Below are positions 44,931 to 54,360 of a DNA stretch of 64,000 bases, one piece after another. The stretch comes from Nitrospirota bacterium (GTDB lineage Bacteria; Nitrospirota; Thermodesulfovibrionia; Thermodesulfovibrionales; SM23-35). The notes under the pieces are model-generated. The model was not told the origin of the DNA. It ran no database searches and was given only the letters and a program-made list of their open reading frames with translations. Made by a program: the position numbers and the translations under genes. Numbering within the stretch: the first letter of the stretch is position 1; each line of letters opens with the position of its first letter. Location of the stretch: NCBI GenBank assembly GCA_013388455.1, contig JACAFF010000002.1, forward strand, positions 23,115 to 87,114. The letters run 5' to 3'.

Positions 44931-46224
44931 ACTCATATATCCTGAATGGGGACATTTTCCTCTTTTATATAGAAGGTTCATTCCTGTTCTTGGACCCGCA
45001 ACAATCGCTGCACTAACTCCTGATGAGTGGGAAATAGAGTTCATTGATGAAAGAATAGAAACCCTTAATATTCAGAATGATGCTGACCTGGTAGGAATAT
45101 CTCTTATGACTTCTCAGGCATTGAGGGCATATGAGATTTCCAGTGCTTACAGGGCTCTCGGGATACCAGTTATTTTAGGTGGTGTCCATGTCTCACTTGC
45201 ACCCGAAGAGGCAACTGCTTATGCTGATGCAATTATTATTGGAGAGGCAGAAGAAGTATGGATTAAACTTCTTGATGATTTTAAAAAAAATCAATTAAAA
45301 AAAATATATAAATGCACCCGCCCTGTTCTTAACCCTCCTTTACCAAGATGGGATATAATATGCTCAGGGAAGGGATATCTGCCTATGAATGCACTCCAGA
45401 TATCAAGAGGCTGTCCCGTAAACTGTGAGATGTGTTCAGTTCCACAGAGTTTTGGCACCGACTTCAGGATGAGAGATATCAATTCTCTACATAAAGAACT
45501 TGACGCATCAGCAAAATATCTCTTTATTGTAAACGATAATCTTTACCTTTCGAAGAGGCGGTCTGGAGAATTCCTGAATTTACTTAAAGACAGCTCAAAA
45601 GAATGGGTAGGACTTGCACCATTAAAGATAGGTGAGGATAAATGGTTTTTAGAACTACTTATGAAAAGTCATTGTTGGGCTATGTATATTGATCTAAGTC
45701 CCTGGATTTCTGCTGGACTCAACGAGGTAATTGATGATGTTCAGGTTAAAAAGGCTGGAGAATATATCTCACGAATACGTGAATATAATATAAAAGTTAT
45801 AGCATCTTTTGTCTTCGGTTTTGATCATGATGAAAAAGATATTTTTGAGAAGACTGTATCATTCGCAAAAAAACATGAGATAGAAGAGGTAGAATTTCAT
45901 ATTCTTACACCTTATCCAATGAGTAGACTTTATGAAAGACTAAAATCGCAAGGGAGGTTGATAACAGATAAATTTTCAGAATATACTACTTCTCAAGTCG
46001 TCTTCAAACCTGCTAAAATGACACCTGATGAGTTATATGAAGGGTATATCTCGGCATGGAAAGAATTTTATGCAGATGAATACGAAGATTCATCCAACGG
46101 ACCGATGATTAGAACATTCCGATGTTTTCCAATGAAAAAAGATGATGTTATACAATTTAATGGAGAAAGATGGGTTGAGGCAGTATTTAAAAGGGAGAAT
46201 ACAAATAAATGTATAGAGAACTAA
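44920..46224 (+). CDS. B12-binding-domain radical SAM enzyme (class B) no.1
   Basis: Start re-set to the ATG at 44920 (MKLKLIYPEW). N-terminal cobalamin-type Rossmann domain (DLVGISLMTSQALRAYEISSAYRALGIPVILGGVH), CX3CX2C motif SRGCPVNCEMC, and C-terminal VVFKPAKMTPDEL tail as in DUF4070-type enzymes. Confidence 0.8.
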   Translation: MKLKLIYPEWGHFPLLYRRFIPVLGPATIAALTPDEWEIEFIDERIETLNIQNDADLVGISLMTSQALRAYEISSAYRALGIPVILGGVHVSLAPEEATAYADAIIIGEAEEVWIKLLDDFKKNQLKKIYKCTRPVLNPPLPRWDIICSGKGYLPMNALQISRGCPVNCEMCSVPQSFGTDFRMRDINSLHKELDASAKYLFIVNDNLYLSKRRSGEFLNLLKDSSKEWVGLAPLKIGEDKWFLELLMKSHCWAMYIDLSPWISAGLNEVIDDVQVKKAGEYISRIREYNIKVIASFVFGFDHDEKDIFEKTVSFAKKHEIEEVEFHILTPYPMSRLYERLKSQGRLITDKFSEYTTSQVVFKPAKMTPDELYEGYISAWKEFYADEYEDSSNGPMIRTFRCFPMKKDDVIQFNGERWVEAVFKRENTNKCIEN

Positions 46225-47561
46225 AGCCGATTATTCTTTCAAATTTACTTTATAGAATAGTTCAGATTCTATCTCTGAGTTCTCCTCAATTGCTTATCCA
46301 TTATACAAAGATAGCAGAACTCGCAACCACAAGAGATCATTATAAACGAGCGATCCGAAAGATTAGAGGCATGTGGGAAAATGGTCATCCAAGCCTGAGG
46401 GTTGCTATGAAAATCCTGAGGAATACATCACCGAATCACAAGAGAAAAATTATCAAAAACTTCATTATCAATCAGCTTCTGGTAGGCAGTACAAGGAGGA
46501 AGCTTTTTTCAGAGCAGGAAGGCGGATTTTATCCTCCAGGACTTATGGTAATTAGCCCCACGATGAAATGTAATTTGAATTGTTATGGTTGTTATGCAGG
46601 CATGTATCGCAAAGATGCGGATTTGCCTTTTGATGTGTTTGACAGGGTGCTTAATGAGGCCAAGGAAATGGGAATTTATTTCGCTGTTATATCCGGTGGT
46701 GAACCTTTTTTTAGAAAAGATATTTTTGATATCTTCGAAAAACATCATGATATGTCATTTCATGTATTCACAAATGGTAGTCTTCTTGATGACGAAAAGG
46801 TAAGGAAGATATCTGATCTCGGGAATATTCTACCTGCAATTAGTGTAGAGGGGTTTAAGGAAGAGACTGATACCCGTCGGGGTAAGGGTCACTACGAAAA
46901 AGTATTAAATGCAATGAGACTTTTAAAAGAAAATGGCGTGCTTTTCGGTTTTTCTGCAACAATGACAAAAGAAAATGCAAATACGATTGTTTCAGATGAA
47001 TTCATAGACCACTGGATTGGACATGGCTGCACTATCGGTTGGTATTTCCTTTATACACCGGTTGGAAGAGAACCTAACTGGCAAATTGTTCCAACGCCTG
47101 AACAGAGAGATATGCTTAGAGAACGGGTGGCTTATATTCGCTCTAATAAGGAGATATTAATCGGTGATTTCTGGAATGATGGCCCTGTTGTTGGTGGCTG
47201 CATTGCCGGAGGAAGAAAATATTTCCATATTAATTCCAAGGGTGATATAGAGCCATGTGTATTCTGCCATATCTCAATGCATAATATAAAAAACACAAGT
47301 CTCAGGGAAGCCATTACCTCCCCTTTATTCAAGAGAATCCGTGAACATCAGAAAAATAATACCAATCTTTTACGTCCATGTATGATCATGGATCATCCCT
47401 ATGTTTACAGAGAAATATGTCAGATTCCTGGAGTAAAATTTACACATAAAGGTGCCGAGCAAATCGTAACTGAATTTGCACCTGAAATAGATAAATATTC
47501 AAAAAGATGGGCTGAGCTTGCTGATAGGGCATGGAGTGAAAGACAGAATAGTAGTTGTTAG
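46209..47561 (+). CDS. radical SAM enzyme with long N-terminal helical extension and C-terminal auxiliary Cys cluster (possible Tes/GDGT-MAS-like)
   Basis: 450 aa. The CX3CX2C motif MKCNLNCYGCYA appears only at about residue 120. GGEPF SAM-binding motif. Later Cys set GGCIAGG, EPCVFCH and RPCM. Confidence 0.7.
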   Translation: MYRELKPIILSNLLYRIVQILSLSSPQLLIHYTKIAELATTRDHYKRAIRKIRGMWENGHPSLRVAMKILRNTSPNHKRKIIKNFIINQLLVGSTRRKLFSEQEGGFYPPGLMVISPTMKCNLNCYGCYAGMYRKDADLPFDVFDRVLNEAKEMGIYFAVISGGEPFFRKDIFDIFEKHHDMSFHVFTNGSLLDDEKVRKISDLGNILPAISVEGFKEETDTRRGKGHYEKVLNAMRLLKENGVLFGFSATMTKENANTIVSDEFIDHWIGHGCTIGWYFLYTPVGREPNWQIVPTPEQRDMLRERVAYIRSNKEILIGDFWNDGPVVGGCIAGGRKYFHINSKGDIEPCVFCHISMHNIKNTSLREAITSPLFKRIREHQKNNTNLLRPCMIMDHPYVYREICQIPGVKFTHKGAEQIVTEFAPEIDKYSKRWAELADRAWSERQNSSC

Positions 47562-48336
47562 TTTTATCTTGGTTTTTTTATTCTTTACTATCTCTGGATG
47601 TGCAAAAAAGGAGGTAATCAGACAACCAGAATCTGTTCCTCCTCTACCAGAAAAAATAACGCCTTATACACTTATTGAAAGAATAACCTCTCCTGAAATA
47701 AAGACCTTGCAGGGAAGTATAAAGCTTAATATCTTTCAGAATGGAGAATCTAAAGGAACTTTTTCCGGAGTTCTTCTTTATGAGTATCCTTACCGAATGC
47801 GCATAAAAGTCTTTGGACCTCTCTGGTTTACTCTCGCTGAACTTCTGTTCGATCATGGACTTTTTCAGGTTCTCATTCCTCTTAAAGATTCTATTTACAG
47901 CGATAACGTCCCATTTAAAAGTCTCTTTCCAGATCGTAATAAACTTGAAAAATCCATTAATTTTATAGAGGAGACAGATGAACATTACGTTCTCTATATA
48001 GTTGACTTTGAATACAATAAAACAGAAATGCTCGAACAGAGTAACAACCCCAACATAATACTCAAGGCAAAATACTCTTTTCAAAAAAGTGATCTTTTCC
48101 TCGAATCAGTTAATCTCTATAGAAAATCGAAAAAAAATTTTGGGATAAGAATTCATCGAACAAAAGAAAAAGCTCCTTCAGAAATATTGATAAATTTTAG
48201 TAAAACATTACTATCAATCACACTAAATGACATTGAGATAAATAAACCACTTAAAAAAGACATTTTCAAACCATTGGAAGCTTCTCAGAACTTTCCTCTT
48301 TCAGAATTTCTCAAAGATTTTGCTCCAAGCCTGTAA
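47518..48336 (+). CDS. lipoprotein, LolA/LolB-like (DUF4292-like) fold suspected
   Basis: 272 aa. Lipobox FFTISGC. The beta-rich pattern LQGSIKLNIFQNGESKGTFSGVLLYEYPYRMRIKVFGP resembles lipoprotein-carrier-like half barrels. Confidence 0.45.
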   Translation: MLIGHGVKDRIVVVSFILVFLFFTISGCAKKEVIRQPESVPPLPEKITPYTLIERITSPEIKTLQGSIKLNIFQNGESKGTFSGVLLYEYPYRMRIKVFGPLWFTLAELLFDHGLFQVLIPLKDSIYSDNVPFKSLFPDRNKLEKSINFIEETDEHYVLYIVDFEYNKTEMLEQSNNPNIILKAKYSFQKSDLFLESVNLYRKSKKNFGIRIHRTKEKAPSEILINFSKTLLSITLNDIEINKPLKKDIFKPLEASQNFPLSEFLKDFAPSL

Positions 48337-49577
48337 CTGAGATTAATCGCTAAATAATAAGGAATATTACTTATTATATTTGGCATTCTTTTTAAAATAG
48401 AATAAAATGAAAATGTCCTTCTGTATGCATCATCAGTCAGTATATAAAACCGATTAACATCAATATGTTTTGGCTTAAAAACGAGATGATATCTATCATA
48501 TTTAGACCAGTCAAGCGTTAGCAATCTATCTTCGCTTTTCATTTTTTCGAAAAGTTCAGTTCCAGGGAAAGGAGTAAGTTTGCAATAATTTGCACACTCG
48601 AGTCTGTTTCTGATAACAAAGTCAATTGTATCAGTAAAGACATCTTCTGTATCTTCATCAAATCCAAAAACAAAAGAGCCATGAACCCCGATACGGTAGG
48701 AATGGATTAAACGTATCATCTCTGCATAATCCTGTGGATCTCTGAGTTTTTTTACATCCTTTTTATTGCTATATCTTATACTTTCAAAACCAATAAGTAG
48801 CCCTGCACATCCGCTGTCTGAAGCATATTGTAAAAGCCTTTGGTCTTTTGCAATGTCAATGCTCGCCTGAGCAACCCATCTTTTTTTTAGTGGCATTAAA
48901 GACTTAAACAATTCCCTCGCATAGTCATGATTCCCTACTATATTATCGTCCACGAATACAAGAAACTTTTTTGGATAATCTTTGATCTCATCAACTACAT
49001 TCTTAACAGGTTTGAATCGATAATGTCTTCCAAAAAACTTTGTTGATGAGCAGAAACTACATCCGTATGGACACCCGCGGGATACCTGAAATGTTCTCGG
49101 GACAAAGTATCTATTATTATTTAGCAGTTCCCATTTTGGCTTCGGAACAATGGACATATCAGAGAAATCAGCACTTTTATAGATAGCTTTAAGTCTTCCT
49201 CTCTGAAAATCTGATATTATGTTTTGCCAAAGAGGCTCTCCCTCACCAGCTACAACTGAATCTGCATATTGCAGAGCTTCCTCTGGCATACAAGATGGGT
49301 GGATTCCTCCCATAATAATTTTCGAACCTTTCTTCCTGAAATATTCCGCTATTTCATATGCTCTTTTGGCATTTGTTGTATTCACTGAGAGAGCAACAAT
49401 GTCTGGATCAGAAGATAGAGCTATGTCCTCTACAAGTTCATCAGTAATCTTTATCTCGATTTTCTCTGGAGTAAGACTTGCAAGAATGGCTAATGACATG
49501 GGTGGAAGTGTAAAGGTTACCCTCTTTTTTCTCCATATATCTTTTTTTCTACAGGGTGCAATAAGATAAAGTCTCAA
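48285..49577 (-). CDS. B12-binding-domain radical SAM enzyme no.2
   Basis: 430 aa. DIVALSVNTTNAKRAYEIAEYFRKKGSKIIMGGIH, SRGCPYGCSFC, and HLVFKPKHI tail. Confidence 0.8.
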   Translation of the reverse strand: MRLYLIAPCRKKDIWRKKRVTFTLPPMSLAILASLTPEKIEIKITDELVEDIALSSDPDIVALSVNTTNAKRAYEIAEYFRKKGSKIIMGGIHPSCMPEEALQYADSVVAGEGEPLWQNIISDFQRGRLKAIYKSADFSDMSIVPKPKWELLNNNRYFVPRTFQVSRGCPYGCSFCSSTKFFGRHYRFKPVKNVVDEIKDYPKKFLVFVDDNIVGNHDYARELFKSLMPLKKRWVAQASIDIAKDQRLLQYASDSGCAGLLIGFESIRYSNKKDVKKLRDPQDYAEMIRLIHSYRIGVHGSFVFGFDEDTEDVFTDTIDFVIRNRLECANYCKLTPFPGTELFEKMKSEDRLLTLDWSKYDRYHLVFKPKHIDVNRFYILTDDAYRRTFSFYSILKRMPNIISNIPYYLAINLSYRLGAKSLRNSERGKF

Positions 49578-50338
49578 TTGAGTCTTTCTAAAGCTTCCTT
49601 CATTGATTTTGTAATATCTGGTATCTTTTCTTCTAATATTTTTGATATATTGTATGACAGAATGTGTTTTCCTTCTTTTCCTCCTGCAAGTTGATAAATG
49701 TTGTAATAACGGTCAATACGGTTACCTTTTAAATCATGTGTCCATATAATCTCGTTTGTATCTATCTTTCTTAATCTAAGAGTTATTTCAAGATTAATTT
49801 CATATGATACATAAGGTAGCCCTAATATTCTTGTAATCCATGCATACATTCCCGAACCATAATAGTAACCTGTCTCTTTTAGAGATGTTCGTCTGAGAAC
49901 TCCTTCAAGTCTATAATCAACAACCCGGTATTTATCTTCTGGAAGATAAACAATATCTTTAAAGAGTTTACTCTGCGTTAAGTGGTTATATATCGCATAT
50001 GCGAAAGCATGTTTAAAATGACCGGAGTTATATGTAGAGAATCCTGTATAGGTGTCGGGTATTTCTGATATGAATTCGAGCCAGAAAACTCCTGGTATAA
50101 AGCCAAGCCATTTTCTGGCATCATTGGTTGTTACCTGCGGTCTGAGATCAATAAATTCATCTACTCCGAGAACGCCCTCAAGAGGTATTTGATAGATTTC
50201 CACTGGTGGAGCAAAGTTCAGAGAGAGATCAAGTTTTGGAGCTGCACAAGAAGTCTCAAAGAGAGATAGAAAAAGTAAAAAGATTATTACCTTTTTTTTA
50301 TTTAGCACCCGATTTTCGATATGTGCCATGTATGTCAA
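49574..50338 (-). CDS. hypothetical exported protein / possible lipoprotein
   Basis: 254 aa. Hydrophobic N-terminus VIIFLLFLSLFETSC with a weak lipobox. No family recognised. Confidence 0.4.
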   Translation of the reverse strand: MTYMAHIENRVLNKKKVIIFLLFLSLFETSCAAPKLDLSLNFAPPVEIYQIPLEGVLGVDEFIDLRPQVTTNDARKWLGFIPGVFWLEFISEIPDTYTGFSTYNSGHFKHAFAYAIYNHLTQSKLFKDIVYLPEDKYRVVDYRLEGVLRRTSLKETGYYYGSGMYAWITRILGLPYVSYEINLEITLRLRKIDTNEIIWTHDLKGNRIDRYYNIYQLAGGKEGKHILSYNISKILEEKIPDITKSMKEALERLN

Positions 50339-50726
50339 TGCTTGATCCTCTGAACGTACTCAAACGTCCAACTTCACCTTCAAAAACAATTTTATCATTC
50401 TTATTTAATTCTGAAGGAGCATTCTGGGTAGTGTAAAGTACCACATTATAGCCTTTTTCAGGCTTGCTCGCAGGAGTAAGAATTGTTACCCTGTGACGGT
50501 CTCTTTTCCCTGGTAAAACATTTACTACTATCCCTTCTCCTTTTGCATTCTTATCTTGAACAGTTTCATAGTATTCCTTAATTTGTGCTTTTGTAAACTT
50601 TGCTGTATCAACATTCTTAAGAATATCGTTTACATTCAGCAAAGCAGCCTCTTCTGCATGAACAATACAAAAACATAAAAAAGATGAGAATACAATAAAT
50701 AGCGTTGACGTGAGTAATTTTATCAT
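50298..50726 (-). CDS. small secreted protein, shares a ~95-aa domain with the 53758-54360 product
   Basis: 142 aa. Signal peptide MIKLLTSTLFIVFSSFLCFCIVHA. IKEYYETVQDK...KGYNVVLYT...NDKIVFEGEV aligns with IKDYWQKVEGK...KGFNIVLIG...GDHIRFKGIL. Confidence 0.5.
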   Translation of the reverse strand: MIKLLTSTLFIVFSSFLCFCIVHAEEAALLNVNDILKNVDTAKFTKAQIKEYYETVQDKNAKGEGIVVNVLPGKRDRHRVTILTPASKPEKGYNVVLYTTQNAPSELNKNDKIVFEGEVGRLSTFRGSSIDIHGTYRKSGAK

Positions 50727-50770
50727 TGTCTTACCTCCTCATTTGTTTTATGATTTTTTTATTTAGGGCT

Positions 50771-50813
50771 TAACCCCACCCAGCCCTCCACCTCAAGGGA
50801 GGAGGGTTAGGGA
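50771..50813. repeat. G/C-rich hairpin repeat (family 2)
   Basis: taaccccacccagccctccacctcaagggaggagggttaggg, between the GT2 gene and the small secreted-protein gene. Confidence 0.55.
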
Positions 50814-50835
50814 TTTTGTATTAATAAGGTATATC

Positions 50836-51522
50836 TTATGACAAACACTTTGTCTTCAAAAAACATTTCAGAAAACATACGCTTATCCGGTAGAAATCCC
50901 TTACAGGTCTGAAATGGCTCGAATAGTCATCCGCATATACTGTTGTAATAGTAGCTGTTCCAACATGAAATCCAGCATAACGTGACTTTAACAAAATTTC
51001 TGTCTCCATTTCAAATCCTGCTGTTTCAATATGGATACTTTTTATAACATCTGTTGAATAAATTCTAAATCCTGATTGGGTGTCTCTTATTTTAGTTCCT
51101 ATAGCTCTGGAGATAAAAATTTCTCCAATCCTGTTTGCCAGTGCCCTATGTATTGGCATTATATTACGATTTATAAGTCTTTCTCCAATAATAATATCAC
51201 AATCTCCTTGTTCAAAAACGGTCTTAAGGATGGGAATCTCAGATGGAAGATGCTGTCCATCAGCATCCATTGTTATGACTGCATCAAAATTATTCTTCAT
51301 GATTTCAGAGAATCCTGTCAGCAGTGCTTTACCTTTGCCCATATTTTTCTGATGTACTATAACCTTTGCTCCTGCTTCTCTGGCTAAAAAAGATGTTCTG
51401 TCTCCTGAACCGTCATCCACCACAAAGATATCCTGAACATATTGAAATGCATCACGGATTATATGGGAGATATTTTTTTCTTCATTGTATGCAGGGATAA
51501 GAAGGCTATATCTCATTTCCAT
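50836..51522 (-). CDS. family 2 glycosyltransferase (polyprenyl-phosphate sugar transferase-like)
   Basis: 228 aa. LIPAYNEEKNI, VVDDGSGD and DADGQH (DXD) motifs. Confidence 0.8.
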   Translation of the reverse strand: MEMRYSLLIPAYNEEKNISHIIRDAFQYVQDIFVVDDGSGDRTSFLAREAGAKVIVHQKNMGKGKALLTGFSEIMKNNFDAVITMDADGQHLPSEIPILKTVFEQGDCDIIIGERLINRNIMPIHRALANRIGEIFISRAIGTKIRDTQSGFRIYSTDVIKSIHIETAGFEMETEILLKSRYAGFHVGTATITTVYADDYSSHFRPVRDFYRISVCFLKCFLKTKCLS

Positions 51523-51536
51523 AACCTTAATTTTTT

Positions 51537-52043
51537 TTAGAAAAATCTTTGAACAATTTGATCATTCTTAGAATGAATAATCTCTCCTGTTTCTCTGCCC
51601 TGATAAAATGCCAGCAGATTATTTTTTGAAACAGCACTTTCAAATCTCTCACTCACAGCAATTTCCCAATGCTCTATGGGAAGATCAAGAAAATTGCTGA
51701 GCCTTCCAAGACAGAACATATTCAAACTCCTATTATATTTGGTTATTTCTTTATCTGTTGGCAAAATGACTGTTGTCATCTCAGAAAAAATAAGACCAAC
51801 TTCATTGGAGAGAACTACTGCTATATCTGCAATTTCAGGTATAACTTTTGGGTCGTAAACCTTTTTGCCTGCTACGAGTGTTGATAGAACTTTTCCTCCC
51901 CTGCGTGCAATTCCTTTCATATCTGATTTTTTCACATCATAACCAGAAAGGAAAAAAGTTCGCGCAGTAATTGATGAAGCAGTGAGGACTCCCTGTCCTC
52001 CTTTACCTATAAATACTATTGATGTATTTCTTTTTGATTGCAT
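51537..52043 (-). CDS. iorB: indolepyruvate:ferredoxin oxidoreductase beta subunit
   Basis: IVFIGKGGQGVLTAS N-terminus typical of the 2-oxoacid:Fd oxidoreductase gamma-like fold, immediately after iorA. I prefer the ATG at 52043 over the track start at 52091. Confidence 0.65.
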   Translation of the reverse strand: MQSKRNTSIVFIGKGGQGVLTASSITARTFFLSGYDVKKSDMKGIARRGGKVLSTLVAGKKVYDPKVIPEIADIAVVLSNEVGLIFSEMTTVILPTDKEITKYNRSLNMFCLGRLSNFLDLPIEHWEIAVSERFESAVSKNNLLAFYQGRETGEIIHSKNDQIVQRFF

Positions 52044-53724
52044 TTTGTTCACATACCTGTATGCACAATCCGCACCCGTTACATCTGTCATTTATTTTAT
52101 AAGAATTTCCATCTCTTATAATTGCTGAACAACCAAGTGATAGGCAGCTATTACACAAATTGCATTCCTGCTCCTCTATATAACAGAATCCGTCCTTTTG
52201 TTTATGTACAGCACATTCACCATCTATAATGATGGCTGAAATACCACTTGTTAGTAAACCATCCATTATACCGGTCTTGATATTACGCAGGTCATATGCT
52301 CCAATTCTCTTCACAGATTCAACTCCACAACTATATAAAATATCTTCAATTAATAATCTCTTTTTATCAGGTCTCAAACCTTTACCTGTCCCAATATGGG
52401 GCTGTCCGCCGGTCATTGAGGTTGTATGATTATCAAGGATAATAATGAGTATATCTGCTTTTTGATACATAGCATTAAGAACAGCCGGGATACCCGAGTG
52501 GAAAAAGGTAGAATCACCTATTACACCAATTGCCTTTTCGCCCTGTGAGATACTATATCCAGCTGCCTGAGATATTCCGCTCCCCATGCAGAGTGTTGTG
52601 TCAATTACATTCGGATATGTGTGTACAGCCAATGTGTAACAACCGATATCACCTCCAATAAAAATTGATTTATTGTGCAATTCTGAAAAGACCCCAATAT
52701 ACGGGCAACCCGGACATAAAAAAGCATGGTTGTCTCTGCATAGCTCTCCATATTTAATATAGTTGCCCTGAAAAGCCTCTTTGATTAAAAATGAATTTAA
52801 CTCCCCTGTTTCTGGTAAAAGTCCATTTGCTTTACCCTTCACCTCTATCCCTCTTGCTTTTAGCATATCTTCGATAAAGGAACTCGATTCTTCAACAATA
52901 AATAATTCAATGCATGATTCAGAAAATTTCTTGATTTCTTGAATATTAAGTGGATATACAATACCAATTTTAAATACAGAAACATCTGGAAAAGTTTCTT
53001 TTACATATTGGTATGAAATACCTGATGTTATAATTCCTTTAATACTTCCCTTATTTTCTGCACTATTTAAACCGATTGAAGGAATTTCCTGTCTGAAAAT
53101 TTCCATCCTCCTCTGAAGAGATAGTCTCTGTTTGCTGGTATATGGTGGGATTAAAACATTTTTTTTCGGATTCGAAGTATATTTCCGGTAAACCTCTCTT
53201 CTTTCTCCCTCAAAATTAACAATACTGCTTGTATGTGATATCGCTCTTGTTAATCTTAAAAGAATAGGGAGATCAAAGCGTTCACTTATATCAAACGCCA
53301 TTTTAGTAAATATATATGCTTCTTGTGAATCTGACGGCTCAAGGACAGGAATATTAGCGATCAAACCGTAGAGTCTCGAATCCTGTTCATTCTGAGAGCT
53401 CCACATTCCGGGATCGTCAGAAACAGCAATTACAAGACCACCATTTACCCCTGTATATGCAAGATTTATTAGTGGATCAGAAGCAACATTTAAACCAACA
53501 TGTTTCATTGCAACAAGAGCACGTTTTCCTGAAAGAGATACCCCTGATGCAAATTCAAGGGCTGTCTTTTCATTTACAGACCACTCTGCATAAACTTCAG
53601 GATAGCGGGAGATTGTTTCGATAATCTCTGTAGCAGGGGTTCCCGGATAGCCGGTAGCTACAAAAACACCAGCCTCATATGCTCCTAAAGCAACTGCTTC
53701 ATTCCCTGTAAGTAGAGATTTCAT
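52003..53724 (-). CDS. iorA: indolepyruvate:ferredoxin oxidoreductase alpha subunit
   Basis: About 573 aa from the ATG at 53724 (the track start 53730 is TTG). TPP motifs GDIGCYTL and GDSTFFHSG. Two ferredoxin Cys clusters CNLCNSCLSLGC and CNGCGLCIQVC. Confidence 0.8.
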   Translation of the reverse strand: MKSLLTGNEAVALGAYEAGVFVATGYPGTPATEIIETISRYPEVYAEWSVNEKTALEFASGVSLSGKRALVAMKHVGLNVASDPLINLAYTGVNGGLVIAVSDDPGMWSSQNEQDSRLYGLIANIPVLEPSDSQEAYIFTKMAFDISERFDLPILLRLTRAISHTSSIVNFEGERREVYRKYTSNPKKNVLIPPYTSKQRLSLQRRMEIFRQEIPSIGLNSAENKGSIKGIITSGISYQYVKETFPDVSVFKIGIVYPLNIQEIKKFSESCIELFIVEESSSFIEDMLKARGIEVKGKANGLLPETGELNSFLIKEAFQGNYIKYGELCRDNHAFLCPGCPYIGVFSELHNKSIFIGGDIGCYTLAVHTYPNVIDTTLCMGSGISQAAGYSISQGEKAIGVIGDSTFFHSGIPAVLNAMYQKADILIIILDNHTTSMTGGQPHIGTGKGLRPDKKRLLIEDILYSCGVESVKRIGAYDLRNIKTGIMDGLLTSGISAIIIDGECAVHKQKDGFCYIEEQECNLCNSCLSLGCSAIIRDGNSYKINDRCNGCGLCIQVCEQNAIKKKYINSIYR

Positions 53725-53757
53725 GCTCAAATTGGATTTGTTTTTTATTATGTGTGC

Positions 53758-54360
53758 TTATAAAATCTTCGCATCTGACAGAACAATCAAAGGACTATAC
53801 CCTGACTGCCCGTAATCGAACTTTCTCAATATGCCTTTGAATCTTATGTGATCTCCACTGGATATTGATTCAATGTTCTGCTTATCATCACCTATTAAAA
53901 CTATATTAAAACCTTTTCTTGATTTTAAACCTGGATTGTCAACGAGAATCTTAAAACCCCTTCTTCCCTTGTCAACTTCATAGACTCTCCCCCCCCATAT
54001 TACGGGTTTGCCCTCGACTTTTTGCCAGTAATCCTTTATTTCATATTTAGAATGATAATCTAAACTAAGATTGTTAGCTACTGTTTTAAAATCCATCCCC
54101 ATCTGCAACTGTGGTTTTGGTGTAAATTCGATGGGTGGTTTGGAAGCTATTGGGGTTTTAGGAGGAGCCTCAGGCTTTTTTGGAGGAACTGGTACTTCTT
54201 CCCGTAGTTTTTCAGGTGCCTTCTGAACCTCCTTTACTCCTTTATCCCCATGTTCAATAGTAATCTTTATCTTTTCTTCAGAAGATTCCTTTCCGGTGCA
54301 ATTGATAAGAAATAGCATAGGCATCATGCTAATAACTAAAAATTTTTTAATAATTCTCAT
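53758..54360 (-). CDS. lipoprotein with Pro/Lys-rich linker and C-terminal domain paralogous to the 50298-50726 product
   Basis: From the ATG at 54360: MRIIKKFLVISMMPMLFLINC (lipobox-like), a linker PVPPKKPEAPPKTPIASKPP, then the shared ~95-aa domain. Confidence 0.5.
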   Translation of the reverse strand: MRIIKKFLVISMMPMLFLINCTGKESSEEKIKITIEHGDKGVKEVQKAPEKLREEVPVPPKKPEAPPKTPIASKPPIEFTPKPQLQMGMDFKTVANNLSLDYHSKYEIKDYWQKVEGKPVIWGGRVYEVDKGRRGFKILVDNPGLKSRKGFNIVLIGDDKQNIESISSGDHIRFKGILRKFDYGQSGYSPLIVLSDAKIL

